The position numbers and the translations under genes are program-made. From assembly GCA_964016885.1 (NCBI GenBank), contig OZ024740.1:31000001-31064000 (forward strand): a stretch of 64,000 bases of DNA, given 5' to 3'. The DNA comes from Eledone cirrhosa (taxonomy: Eukaryota). The stretch's first letter is position 1, and every line of letters begins with the position of its first letter. The notes beneath the pieces are model-generated. The model ran no database searches, was not told the origin of the DNA, and saw only the letters and a program-made list of their open reading frames with translations. This document shows, in pieces, positions 26,030 through 40,124 of this stretch.

Positions 26030-26243
26030 TTAACCCTTTAGCATTTACATTACACTATATATATACTATTATATTTTCATGGTAAAGGCTTTACCTCACA
26101 TAATTATCTCACATAATATCGAATCTATGAGATTTTGAGAACAATACCTTAACATCAGTTTGAGCGACTGGTTACATCCAGTTTCAGCAGAAAGATGTAG
26201 AGAATTCTGGCCGGTTTGGCCGGGTTGAACATTAAAAGGTTAA
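26030..26243. mobile_element. piggyBac-type MITE (further copies at 33660-33887, 45217-45426, 54531-54759, 57823-57965)
   Basis: Same TIRs and internal sequence (gagaacaataccttaacatcagt...gagaattctggccgg). Confidence 0.8.
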
Positions 26244-26670
26244 CAATCAACTGGCATACAAATGATGCCATAAAGGCATAAACAAAACAGTGAATTTGAA
26301 GGGAGGAATAATGTGTAGAGGAAGGAAGGCAGGTATATAAATGGAGAAGGTACACAGCCTGCTAGAAGAGAGAAGAGCAGAAACCACAAAAATTGCAGTT
26401 AAAAAGATCATAACTACTGCTTTTCCACCACTACCACCATCATCAACATAGTCATCATTTTAAAGCCTATTTCTCCATACTTGTTCTCATTAGACAAATC
26501 CTCACCAGTGCAGCATCTCTCCACTTCTTTATTTCCTTCGTCATCTCCTTTGAGAGGATCAGTACCTTGAGATCAGCTATCACCAATTCTGCCTAAGTAT
26601 TTCTTGGGCTTCCTCTTCTTTAGCTTCCTTCTGTTTTGAACTACAGATATTTCTTCACCTAAGAAAAATC

Positions 26671-29600
26671 ACATCATCATCATCATCATCATTTAACGTC
26701 CATCTTCCACACTTGCATGGGTTTGGACGGGAATTTTGCCACTTGAGGCAAGATTGGTTGTCTTGCTCGTATAGGACTGTCTGGCGGGTTTTCTACGGCT
26801 GGATGCCCTTCCTAACACCAACCACATTTACAGTGTGGACTGGGAGGTTTTTACCGTGTTAGCTACACGGCCACATTACAGCGTGGACTGTGTGGTTTTT
26901 TTGTCGTGACACCTACACGTGCTCATTTATTTCGGACTGGATGTTGTGGTACCAACATAACTTTACATTGGAAGGGCTGGTGTGGATGGGGTGGGGGTAG
27001 TGGGACGGGGGTGTATTTTTGTTAAGAGGTGCCTACTGACTGTAGGTTTTGTTTTGTACTTAGGCAAGGCGGGTCTTCTGTATTACTGTGTCGCGCCAAA
27101 GATCTCAGTCCAGTGACATTGTCTTGCAGAGGTGTAAGTGTGTGAGGTGGGAATTTATCAAGTCATCCCAGGTTTTTCTGGGTCTGCCTACTCCGTGGCT
27201 ACCGTCTATTTTTATCGCCCTGCACTTTTTTATACAGCAGTCGTCTTTCATGCGCATCACGTGACCATACCAACGTAGTCTTCTCTCGAGTAAACAACAT
27301 CTGATCCCTCTTATTCCTAATTTCTCCCTTAGTTCATTTATGCTTTGCCGTTCACGTATATTACTATTACACATCCAGCGGAGCATGCAAGCTTCGTTCC
27401 TCTCCAGTCTGCGTAGATCCTCTGCACACAATGCCCAAGTCTCACTGCCATGTAACATTGCTGTTCGTATGCAGGCATCATACAGCCTGCCTTTCATTTT
27501 TAGAGAGAACCCTTTAGCGGCCAATAGTGGTATAAGCTCTCTGAAGTTTTTCCATCCCGTTCTGACTCTAGCTACTGTAATTTCAGAGCACCCTCCACCA
27601 CTGCTGATTTTGTCACCCAGGTAACGGAAGGTGTCCACTATTTCTATAGAACCACCTGTGCAATGGAATGAGCTAGTATTCTGTTGGCACTTGCTGCTAC
27701 TTATTGCACCTGAGCACCGGCCATATAAAAAATCTATATTCTTAGTTAGCTTACCTCTGATCCCACTACATCTTTTATGCACCCATACTTTGCATTTGGG
27801 ACATAAAATGGAGTTTCTGCCTACTCCTTTCCTACACACTGAGCATGGCCATTTCCCAGATGGGACCTGTGCCCTATTTTCCTTCCTACAAACTAGAACT
27901 TTAGTCTTAGACAGGTTAATTTTAAGGCCTTTTGATTCTAGGCCATGCTTCCATGTTTGGAATTTCTTCTCTAGTTCAGCCATTGATTCAGCTATGAGCG
28001 TTAGATCATCTGCATATAGGAGTTCCCATGGGCAGCCGGTCTTGAACTCCTCTGTTATAGCCTGAAGGGCAATAATATATAGTAGGGGGCTAAGGACGGA
28101 GCCCTGATGAACACCAACTTTTACGCTAAACTCTTCACTATATTCGTTGTTAATTCTAACCTTGCTGACTGTTTCTTTATACATGGCTTGTATAGCTCTC
28201 ACAAGCCATTCATCAACACCTAGTTTTCTGAGAGCCCACCAGATAATGGGGCGTGGGTCTCTGTCAAAGGCTTTCTCCAAGTCAACAAAAGCTAAGTATA
28301 GGGGTTTACTTTTAGCTAGGTACTTCTCCTGTAGTTGTCGTACAATGAAAAAGAGCATCTGTGGTACTTTTGCCTGACACAAAACCGAACTGCATTTCGT
28401 CTAGATCAATTTGCTCTCTGATTAGTTGCGTTATTACTTTTTCTGTGACCTTCATGACCTGGTCAATTAATTTAATGCCTCTATAGTTTCCTCTATCTAG
28501 GGCATCTCCTTTACCCTTGTAGCAGTTAATGATGATGCTGCTACGCCAGTCCTTCGGAATGACCCCATTCTGTATGACTTGGTTTACTATCCAGGTGACC
28601 ATAGCGTGTCCCACCGTTCCAGATGCTTTCAGCATTTCAGAAACTATTTCCGAAGGCCCAGCCGCCTTACCCGTCTTCATGTCATTGATCGCCTTACTTA
28701 TTATACTACCTTCAACTTGCACTGCTGGTCCCTCTATTGGATCGATGTGGGGGAGACTGTTTTCTCCCATTTATTCTCCTCATTTAGTAGCCTTTCGTAG
28801 TGACACTTCCAAGCTACCTTCTTATCAGCGTCAGTGATGGCTAGTACACCATCATCATTAAGGACACACTTCTCCCTGACAATATCACGGTTTTCCTTGA
28901 CACATGCCTAGCAATCCCGAACACCTCACGTTTTTGGTCCTTGCGTTGTAGAACATGCTTGAACTTTCTTTCCTCTGCTTCCCTTCTTGCGAAGTACACT
29001 TGTCTCCTAGCTTCCCTCCTGGCCACTTGATAGTCTTCTCTACTTCCCCCATCCCGCCATACTTTCCAAGCCTGCTTTTTGGCCTTGATTGACTCCTCCA
29101 CCTTACTGTTCCACCACCAAGTTACTCTCCTCCTGCCTATAGGTCTGCTCCAGCCACAGATTTCATCTGTCGCCTTCAGCAGGTTAGCTTTCAGGAATTC
29201 CCACTGTTCCTCTATATTGTACGACTCTAATTGCTCTTCCTTACTATCAAAAGCATCAAGTAATATGCTTTTAAATTTATTACTGGCTGTGGGGTCCTTT
29301 AGCTTCCATATTTTTCTCCTGAGGATAGTCCTCCTCTGTTGTCGAGTACGTCTCGTCCTGACTATGAGGTCGCTAATTATGAGTCTATGTTGAGAGGTGC
29401 ATTCTTCGTGGGGGAGGGATTTAGTGTTTACAACAGACACTCTATCACGTCTTCTGGTAAGGATATAATCTATCTGACTGGTGTGTTCCCCTGATCTATA
29501 GGTGATCATGTGATTGTCTCGAGTTTTGAAGTTAGTGTTACAGATAGTTAGGTTATTTGCGTCACAGAATTCCAGGATTCTGGAGCCTTCCTCATTTCTA

Positions 29601-30043
29601 GTACCAAACCCATAGCCTCCATGGATTCCGTCATAGCCATCACAATGTTGTCCAACGTGACCATTTAGGTCGCCAGCGATAATTATGTAGTCACTGTCGG
29701 TTATTTGGGAGGTAGTGAGCATTAACGACTCATAGAATCTGTCTTTTATAACGCCAGGCAGTCCGGATTGGGGTGCATATGCAGACATTATTGTCACAGT
29801 AGTTCTATTGAGGACAAGTCTTATTTTAATTATTCTGTCGTTCACTCTATTTACGTCTATTATCTTATCTGCCCACTTTTCTGCTAGCATGATTCCTACC
29901 CCACCCAGCCTATTGTCATTTCCCACCCAGAAAAGCTTATAACATCGTTTTCTACCCACAATGAATCTAGCAGACTCACCCCTCCACCTGGTCTCTTGAA
30001 TACAGCAAACATCAACCTCCTTACGTTCAAGCATTTCAAGCAC
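26671..30043 (-). mobile_element. Nearly full-length RTE family A LINE (APE plus RT, frameshifted)
   Basis: ORFs 28841-30043 (APE), 28312-28770 (GKAAGP, NYRGIKL) and 27105-28382 (RT). 3'UTR and (ATG)n tail at 26671-27050. Confidence 0.92.
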
Positions 30044-30469
30044 CTATATACATTATATGTCTGTACCTGTGCAATTTTCTCTCTGGGACACTATATCTAA
30101 CTCCTCTTATACCCAGCTTTTCTATCAACTCATCTGTGCCTCATCATTCATGCACACTGATATTACATTTCAAATGGATCATGCTTGCTTCATTTCTTTC
30201 AAACTTTCACACATCCTCTGCATTCAATATCCATGTCTCACTATTATATAACATTTTACTATGTACATGGGCATCATACAGTCTACCATTTGCTCAGAGA
30301 AAGAAATTTCATTATCAAGAGGAAACTTTCTATTAATTAATTTGAATTATTACCCTTAGCTCATTTTATTTTTAAATTATGCAAATAATACTGACCCAAA
30401 ATTCTTTGTAATTATTTTTATGTATGTGAAAATACTTGGTCAACTGATCAAGCGGGTTTTAGTAAACTA

Positions 30470-30513
30470 AACTATACTGATGAGGTCTGATATACTGAAA
30501 CATGTCCAAAGTT
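30470..30513 (+). ncRNA. Minimal hammerhead-like motif with eroded stem I
   Basis: aactata-CTGATGA-ggt-ctgatat-act-GAAA-catg-TC-caaagtt. Palindromic stem III (ACATGT) and GUC triplet, but the inner pairs of stem I are mismatched. Confidence 0.55.
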
Positions 30514-30939
30514 GTCCCTTGACAGCAAACAAAGAGTTAACTTTACTAAACTTAACTTAAATAAATTAATTCTTAATATCTTTAAATTAACTTTAACTTA
30601 TCCTAATTCATGCCATTAATGTATATGAACTGTTTCCCTCAGCTTGTTACATTTTTACGCTTTATGACTATACTCATAGTATTATTGTCTTTATAGACAA
30701 ATGTACTTGTAATAACTTGGTGATTCAATTAGTTTTCGGTTGAACTATTTTGATACCAAACTGCCTGAAACTGATCCTAGTTTTATGATATAAAACTGTT
30801 TGTTTTCATGTGCTTATATTTATGTAAAAACAACTCTTATCAAAATTTTATGTAAGAACCTTAAGTTATGTTCCTACATTTTCATTGAAAGTAAATAAAT
30901 CATTTAAAGCTGGATATATAGATTTCATCATTTCCATTA

Positions 30940-31790
30940 TTAGGATAGAATCGTTAGAACATCGGACAAAATGCTTTGAGTATTTGACCTTCTCCTCAAC
31001 ACTCTGGTTTCAAATCAGGTCAAGGTCAACTTTGCCTTTCATTCTTTAAAGGTCAATAAAATAAGGTACCTCTGAAATAATGGTATCTGATTTAGGCACA
31101 AGGTCAGCAATTTGGAGGGAGAGAAAAGTTAATCAAATCAAACCCAGTGCATTACTGGTACTTTAGTTTATTGACCCCATAAGGAGGAAAGGCAAAGCTA
31201 ACTTCAGCAGGATTTGAACTCAGAATGTAAAGGGGCGTAACTATATGCCACAAAGTATGTTGTCCGACGCTCTACCGACACTGCCATTCCACATCCCTAT
31301 AAAATACCTATCAATACCTATCAATACTTATCAATACCTCTCAGTACCTCTCAATACCTGTCAAATAATTGATTCTACATTTGGCACAAGGCCAGCAATT
31401 TGAAGGGAAGGGGAAAGTTGACATCGACCCCAGTGCATTACTGGTACTTTATCGGCCCTCATAAGTATGAAGGTAAAGCTAATCATGGTAGGATTTGAAC
31501 TCAGAACATAAAGGGCCATAACGAAATACTGCAAAGCATTTTGTCCGTCGCTCTACTGATTCTGCCAATCCACCACCCAATGTAGTACCTGTCAAATAAT
31601 TGTTTATACTTTTGGCACAAGGTCAGCAATTATCCCAGTGTATTACAGGTACTTTATTTTATCGACCCCATAAGGATGAAAAGCAAAGCTAACCTCGGCG
31701 GAATTTGAACTCAGATCATAAAGGGCCATAACTCTATGCTGCAAAGCATGGTGTCCGACGCTCTACCAATACTGCCAATCCACTGTCCTT
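30940..31790. mobile_element. Cluster of about four SINE family A copies
   Basis: Repeated ggcacaaggccagcaatt...ctggtacttt...gatttgaactcaga...gccaatccac units, one forward and three reverse. Confidence 0.75.
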
Positions 31791-32181
31791 TTATTATATA
31801 ACTGACTTCCCTCTTCCCTCTAAAATTGCTGGGCTTATGCCAAAACTGGAACCCATTTTTTTCCTATTTTTCAGTACGACTACCAAGGGAGGCCGCATTA
31901 ATATTCTAAAGACAGCACCTTTAAAAGAAAGAAAGAAAGAAAGTAATGAATGAAGAGAAGAAAAGATTAAGGGAGAAAGAAACAAAGAAAAGGAGAAAAG
32001 ACTTAACTGATGAAAGAAAAAAATTTTGTAGAAGAGAAACAATAGAATTGATGGATTTTTTTGCTCATTAGAAGTCACCTATGAATAATAAACAGTTCTA
32101 GTAGAATATATAATTGAAGACTAGAATTGTAATACAATTACAGCTCTCCCTCTATCCTTCCTTCTATCTATCTACATCTAT

Positions 32182-32349
<168 letters not shown>

Positions 32350-32467
32350 TACGTTAAATATTTTCCCTCTTGACGTAATAGTCACTTATAGATTATGAAT
32401 TACTGTTGGCTTCTTGCTCACATTAATTTCTCTATTTTCATTTATATATATATATATATATATATAT

Positions 32468-32689
32468 AGTAATAATAATAAATTCGAAGACTAAAATCCA
32501 AAGAGGGCTCGATAAGGATAAATATATATCAAATATATAAGAGATATATAAGAACCCTAGAGTAAATATTTATTAAAATAACAGATTAAAGTTTAAGCAA
32601 AGAATCGCTGCTTTCACCCTTAACAGGATCTTCAGATGATCCCGTTAAGGGTGAAAGCAGCGATTCTTTGCTTAAACTTTAATCTGTTA

Positions 32690-32695
<6 letters not shown>
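32468..32695. mobile_element. Fold-back remnant of the PLE 3' end with hammerhead-like cores on both strands
   Basis: 32468-32635 matches the PLE terminus at 36397-36553. The inverted repeat 32571-32695 is centred on the core: plus strand CAGATGA...GAAA, minus strand CTGAAGA...GAAA. Confidence 0.8.
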
Positions 32696-32749
<54 letters not shown>

Positions 32750-32790
32750 CATACATACATACATATATATCAAGTTTAATATAGAAATGG

Positions 32791-32838
32791 CTTCTACAGG
32801 ACAAACACTGTTTCATTCAAAAGAAATCATCAGGAAAG
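32791..32838 (-). ncRNA. Type I hammerhead ribozyme (inverted partial copy at 32841-32870)
   Basis: Minus strand reads tttc-CTGATGA-t-ttc-tttt-gaa-t-GAAA-cag-tgtttgtc-ctg-TA-gaag. GUA triplet. Confidence 0.75.
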
Positions 32839-33178
32839 ATTTTCTGATGATTTCTTTTGAATGAAACAGTTTACATTCTACTAATGTATTGAGTACCTTA
32901 CTACAATTTTCTGTGAACCATACTATCTTTAGTCAGTATTTTCTTGACCCTGGCAGTTTGTGTCCCTTGTGATTTGAACACACACATATATATATATATG
33001 TGTGTTCATCTCTCTTTACTGTGTTATATGTGTGTGTGTATCCCGGGTTTAATCGGAGGCAACCACAGTACGTAAGGTACTCAATACGTAGCAGAGTATA
33101 AATATTTAATATAGAGGCTTCTACAGGAGTAGAACTGTTTCCTTCGAATGAAACAGTTCTAGTCCTGTAGAAGCCATT

Positions 33179-33225
<47 letters not shown>

Positions 33226-33272
33226 AAGAGTGAAGAATAACATGGTCAACAGTACAAAAAGGGTTTTATTTA

Positions 33273-33385
33273 CAGTATTAACAATTGTTTCATTGATTAG
33301 GGTGTCTAAAAATTGCTAATCACTTGAAGTTGTGTCACTCAATTTTAAATACAATGTATGCCTAATCAAATCATCGGAAAAACTG
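33273..33385 (-). ncRNA. Hammerhead-like motif with long stem II (U4C variant)
   Basis: Minus strand reads cagttttt-CCGATGA-t-ttgattagg-(~60 nt)-cctaatcaa-t-GAAA-caattg-TT-aatactg. Stem II has a perfect 9-bp base. Confidence 0.55.
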
Positions 33386-34211
33386 ATTAAAATTATACAC
33401 GGCGTTCGTAATATACTAGTATATTACGAACGCCGTGTATATATATATATAAATAACCTATACATTTATATATATTGATCAATACACCTAATATATATAT
33501 ATATATATATACGCTCAACTGAAATAAACCAACATAATTTACATCATCTTTGATTGGTTGGCAATATGGCTAATTTACCTGAACAATTATTAATTCACAA
33601 CACAGCATACATTGAATAATACAAATATTCTTTTTAAAATATAGCTGTATTAACAACTGTTAGCCCTTTAACATTTGCACTACTTCATATATACTATTGT
33701 ATTTTCTTGAAAAAATCTTTATCTTACAAAATATCTCACTTAATATTGAATCTATGAGATTTTGATATTATTTATTTTGAGAACAATACCTTAACATCAG
33801 TATGAACAAACAGTTGCAGCTGGTTTGAACAGAAAGAGGTGAGGGAGTTTTGGCTGGATATGGCTAGTTTAAATGCTAAAGGGTTAAACAATATAAGCCA
33901 AGTTGATGTGTTTGATATAAAGATTTATATGCTATCAATTTCTTTATGAACTGAAAATGAGAAAAAATGTTGTTTGATGACTTTCCAAGTAGAAATGAAA
34001 CTAGTTAGGATAATCTCAATATTTTTCTATCCACAAAGAGATTTATAGAGAAAAAAATGTGTTTACATTTTGCAGTCAAGCTTATGATTTAAACATTGAT
34101 GGGTATAATTTTGTTAAAAAAACTTCCACATCATCTAGTTATTTTTATCTAAAGACATTTTTTCCAATTCCAACCCGCCCGTCCCCTCGATCTATCTTAT
34201 TTTTCATTCTT

Positions 34212-34247
34212 TCTTCTGATGAAGGAATAGCGTCCAAAACGTTAAGA
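34212..34247 (+). ncRNA. Degenerate minimal hammerhead (G12 to A)
   Basis: tctt-CTGATGA-a-gga-atagcg-tcc-AAAA-cg-TT-aaga. Stems are present but the catalytic G12 is mutated. Confidence 0.45.
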
Positions 34248-34832
34248 CCCTCTTCCTGCTATATCAAGTGTTAACCTAATATATCCCTTCCATATACTCT
34301 ACCAATTGTGTTGTTATTTCTGTTTACCTTTTACATACATATATGTATATATATATAAAGAGAGATATAGATATAGATATCAGGATTAAGCCAGTACTAA
34401 ACTAGTTTGACCATTATTCAACAGAGTATATATTATATACAATGCTTCAAGCAAACTATAATATTTTATTATATATATATATATATAACTGTAAATGTGG
34501 TTGGTGTTAGGAAGGGCATCCAGCCGTAGAAAACCCGCCAGACAGTCCTATGCGAGCAAGACAACCAGTCTTGCCTCAAGTGGGAAAACTCCCGTCCGAA
34601 CCCATGCAAGCGTGGAATACGGACGTTAAACGATGATGATGATGATGATGATAAATAACCCATGCTAGTGTGGAAGAACGGATGTAAAACAGTGATGATG
34701 ATAATGATGATATATATATATGATATATATTATATATATATATGATATATAATTATATATATAATATATGATTATATATATATATATAATATATATTTAT
34801 ATATATAATATATGAATATATATATATATATA

Positions 34833-36384
34833 TCATCATCATCATCATCATTATCCTTTAACGTCCATATTCCATGCTAGCATGGGTTTGGACGGGAATT
34901 GTTCCACTTGATGCAAGATTGGTTGTCTTACTCGTATAGGACTGTCTGGCGGGTTTTCTACGGCTGGATACTTCCTAACACCAACCACGTTTACAGTGTG
35001 GACTGGGAGGTTTTTACCGTGTTTCCTACACGGCCACATTACAGCGCAGACTGTGTTTTTTTGTCGTGACACCTACACGTGCTCATTTATTTAGGACTGG
35101 ATGTTGTGGTACCAACATAACTTTACATTGAAAGGGGTGGTGTGGATGGGGTGGGGGTAGTGGGACGGGGTGTATTTTGGTTAAGAGGTGCCTACTGACT
35201 GTAGGTTTCGCTTTGCACTTAGGCAAGGTGGGTCTTCTGTATTACTGTGTAGCGCCAAAGATCTCGGTCCAGTGACATTGTCTTGGAGAGATGTAAGTTT
35301 GTGAGGTCGGAATTTATCAAATCGTCCCAGGTTTTTCTGGGTCTGCCTACTCCGTGGCTACCGTCTATTTTGATCGCCCTGCACTTTTTTATACAGCTGT
35401 CGTCTTTCATGCGCATCATGTGACCATACCAACGTAGTCTTCTCTCGAGTAAACAGCATCTGATCCCTCTTATTCCTAATTTCTCACTTAGTTCATTTAT
35501 GCTTTGCCGTTCACGTATATTACTATTACACATCCAGCGGAGCATGCAAGCTTCGTTCCTCTCCAGTCTGCGTATATCCTCTGCACACAATGCCCAAGTC
35601 TCACTGCCATGTAACATTGCTGTTCGTATGCAGGCATCATACAGCCTGCCTTTCATTTTTAGAGAGAAACCTTTAGCGGCCAATAGTGGTATAAGCTCTC
35701 TGAAGTTTTTCCATCCCGTTCTGACTCTAGCTACTGTAATTTCAGAGCACCCTCCACCACTGCTGATTTTGTCACCCAGGTAACGGAAGGTGTCCACTAT
35801 TTCTATAGAACCACCTGTGCAATGGAATGAGCTAGTATTCTGTGGGCATTTGCTGCTTCTTATTGCACCTGATCATCGGCCATATATAAAATCTATATTC
35901 TTAGTTAGCTTACCTGTGATCCCACTATATCTTTTATGCACCCATACTTTGCATTTGGGATATAAAATGGAGTTTCTGCCTACTCCTTTCCTACACACTG
36001 AGCATGGCCATTTTTCAGATGGGACCAGTGCCCTATTTTCCTTCCTACATACTAGAACTTTAGTCTTAGACAGGTTAATTTTAAGGCCTTTTGATTCTAA
36101 GCCATGCTTCCATGTTTGGAATTTCTTCTCTAGTTCAGCCATTGATTCAGCTATGAGCGTTAGATCATCTGCGTATAGGAGTTCCCATGGGCAGCCGGTC
36201 TTGAACTCCTCTGTTATAGCCTGAAGGGCAATAATAAATAGTAGGGGGCTAAGGACAGAGCTCTGATGAACACCAACTTTTACGCTAAACTCTTCACTAT
36301 ATTCGTTGTTAATTCTAACCTTGCTGACTGTTTCTTTATACATGGCTTTTATAGCTCTCACAAGCCATTCATCAACACCTAGTT
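34833..36384 (-). mobile_element. 5'-truncated RTE family A LINE
   Basis: ORFs 35873-36361 (YADD) and 35219-35797 (C-terminus), family 3'UTR and (ATG)n tail. Confidence 0.9.
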
Positions 36385-36396
36385 ATATATATATAT

Positions 36397-38121
36397 AGTA
36401 ATAATAATAAATTTGAAGACCAAAATCCAAAGAGGGCTCGATAAGGATAAATATATATCAAATATATAAGAATCGTAGAGCAAATATTTATTAAAATAAC
36501 AGATTAAAGTTTAAGCAAAGAATCGCTGCTTTCACCCTTAACGGGGTCTTCTGAAACTAACAAAGTCAATCTGTGAACGCAGAAGTGAATATTTCAAAAA
36601 ACGTTGCAACCGGAGGAAGACAGGAAGACGATACTTTGGTTCGTGGAAACGTTCCCTATGCAAATAAGTAATGGTATAAACAAAACATACTTAGCTCCCA
36701 CATCAAGACGTAAAATATCCACGTATAAATCGTACTATCCGTTAGGGTATAACGTGGGGCTGTAATACAGGAAAGTTTTGTGCAATTTATGTTTACAAGC
36801 CGAAATTGCCTCAGATTTTTTGTTTAAGATGTGGTCTGTGGCGTAGAGTATTTCCAGAGCCTCAGCGGCGCAGAGGTCACATGGTCTTTTATTTCCGTTA
36901 TACGATCAAGCCCTAGCTAGGATCTCCCAGTGTAACTTATATTGGGTGTGGTTGTCTTTTAGACTCCAGATATAAGCTGAAAGTGACGTCATATTCCTTC
37001 TTAGAGGGTAACGAAAAGAATGGGTATGCATGTAAAGACGCTGCTTGAATCTATTGGCGGTTAACCCTATGTAGGCCCAACGGGACGTGGGTGTTACAAC
37101 CTTACATTTGTAGACAATGTTACTAGAGAGGCATTTCCTGATTCCTACAATTATAGTTAGTACTAACTACAGGGTTGCACGTGTTCCTACGGCTAGGTAG
37201 TTTAGCTAAATTTGAAGCTGTGATGTTATGTGCAAGGTTAGGAGTCGTAGAGTAAGAAATTTTAATAGTATTTCTATTAAAAATGTTACTATACTTATGT
37301 GTAGGGGGAAAATGCTTCGTAATAAGGGAAAGAAAGATCTTAGCTAATGGTGTGGCCACTTCCATATTATATGGTGGGTTATACCAACAAATGCGACGGG
37401 ATCTATTTCTTCTAGGTCTATTTTCGTACTCTGTATATGCTACCTTATCGACAAATCCACTTCGAGCAAGAGCTTCATTGTAATAAGTGGAATGGTCGTT
37501 GAAAATACGCTCGTTGGTGAGAAGACGGGAAAGCCTCAACGAAACGTTTCTTACCAGGTTCTTGGTTATGCTGGCAGGATGGTTGGAATGCTTACTTATG
37601 TAATTAAGCGTATCAAACGTCACTTTCAGCTTATATCTGGAGTCTAAAAGACAACCACACCCAATATAAGTTACACTGGGAGATCCTAGCTAGGGCTAGA
37701 TCGTATAACGGAAATAAAAGACCATGTGACCTCTGCACCGCTGAGGCTCTGGAAATACTCTACACCACAAACCACATCTTAAACAAAAAATCTGAGGCAA
37801 TTTCGGCTTGTAAACATAAATTGCACAAAACTTTCCTGTATTACAGCCCCACGTTATACCCTAACGGATAGTACGATTTATACGTGGATATTTTACGTCT
37901 TGATGTGGGAGCTAAGTATGTTTTGTTTATACCATTACTTATTTGCATAGGGAACATTTCCACGAACCAAAGTATCGTTTTCCTGTCTTCCTCCGGTTGC
38001 AACGTTTTTTGAAATATCCACTTCTGCGTTCACAGATTGACTTTGTTAGTTTCAGAAGACCCCGTTAAGGGTGAAAGCAGCGATTCTTTGCTTAAACTTT
38101 AATCTGTTATTTTAATAAATA
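36397..38121 (-). mobile_element. 5'-truncated Penelope-like element (RT C-terminus plus GIY-YIG endonuclease) with ~500-bp inverted copy of its 3' region
   Basis: ORF 37123-37623 contains SNHP and RRICWYNPPY...KHFP...IFNRNTIKISYS. After a frameshift, my manual translation gives CLSSNIVY...YIGLTANRFKQR...HWEIL...KRPCDLC..E...LNKKSE...CKH. Arms about 36485-36989 and 37617-38121 are inverted. Flanked by (TA)n. Confidence 0.9.
38048..38098 (+). ncRNA. Hammerhead motif in the PLE terminal repeat (U4A variant), inverted copy at 36508-36558
   Basis: agttt-CAGAAGA-c-ccc-gttaa-ggg-t-GAAA-gca-gcgattctt-tgc-TT-aaact. Three helices are present. It lies 3' of the GIY-YIG region, as expected for a PLE pLTR. 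Confidence 0.65.
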
Positions 38122-38321
38122 TATATATATATATATACATGGAAAGTTATATTTAAATTGTTGGGTTACAACTAGTAAATATTTATAACTGATATAAAAG
38201 CACTCAACAAGTATTTGGAGTATATTTACGATATTAAAACTGCCAAATCAACTTTTTCAAATACAAGTCGATGTTGAACGGTATGTCAAATCTATTTATC
38301 TATAAAACTGTCTATATTGTA

Positions 38322-38383
38322 TTTTGTCTGAGGAAGGCATAACATATTGTTAATATGATATCCCTGAAATATATATAATGAAA
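38322..38383 (+). ncRNA. Type I hammerhead ribozyme at the end of a second, decayed PLE fragment
   Basis: ttttgt-CTGAGGA-agg-cataa-catatt-gtt-aatatg-atatc-cct-GAAA-tatata-TA-atgaaa, followed by AATAAA and (TA)n. Upstream 38230-38290 translates to IKTAKSTFSNTSRC*TVC, resembling the PLE endonuclease CxxC region. Confidence 0.7.
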
Positions 38384-38411
38384 TAAATATGGTTTCCATT
38401 TATTTAATATC

Positions 38412-38447
<36 letters not shown>

Positions 38448-38455
38448 CTAGGTGT

Positions 38456-38499
<44 letters not shown>

Positions 38500-38729
38500 G
38501 ACGTAAAATAAGAGACTTATGATAATTGACTTACTTACTAAAATTTCACTCCAACTAATTAGTTTCTGTAAGGGAAATTTTAGTAAGTCAATTTTCATAA
38601 TTCTCTTATTTTACGTCTTTCATATAATTGTTCTGCATCCCCTTGCATTGAACTACAAAGTTACTAAGTCTAAACCTATATATTTGCTTGCATAGGTATG
38701 CATCTGTATACATATGTTGGTAGATATAC

Positions 38730-38861
<132 letters not shown>

Positions 38862-38965
38862 TATATATATATGTGTGTGTAACAATTTTCAAATGTCCAA
38901 AATTATTAATTATTAAATCTAAAAGTTCAGAGAGGAAACTTACTTGACTCTTTCTCTCCCTCTCT

Positions 38966-39011
<46 letters not shown>

Positions 39012-39243
39012 CACTCACACATGCATGCATGCATACATACATACATACATACATTCAAAGTTTCACATGAATGTTTTTATTGATTATCGACCAGTTATAT
39101 ATGATTCACAGATGATTAGGGGGCATCCCACATGGTACCCAAGGGTATTTGGATAAGATGGCTCAATGTTCATATTATAATTATAGACATGACTCCAGCA
39201 ACAATCTGCTCATCAGATTTGTTAATCAAGCTAAAAACAAAAT

Positions 39244-39277
<34 letters not shown>

Positions 39278-39491
39278 AAGAGATAATTAGAAAATGAACA
39301 ACACAAAATATAACTACTCCATTACCAAAGGTTTCTGGATCACAGACGATAATAATAGACGTCTGGAATATTATTATCGTTTGTGATCCAGAAACCTTTG
39401 GTAATGGAGTAGTTATATATTGTGTTCACTTTCTAATTAAATAGCACTCTTTTTTCTTTTGCTTTTCCTTTGGAATTACCTAACATATATA

Positions 39492-40124
<633 letters not shown>

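Noticed and set aside
36908-36910. In-frame TGA in the PLE endonuclease as possible selenocysteine recoding
   Set aside because: The inverted copy has AGA (Arg) at the same codon and the position is not a Cys site, so it is a simple nonsense mutation.
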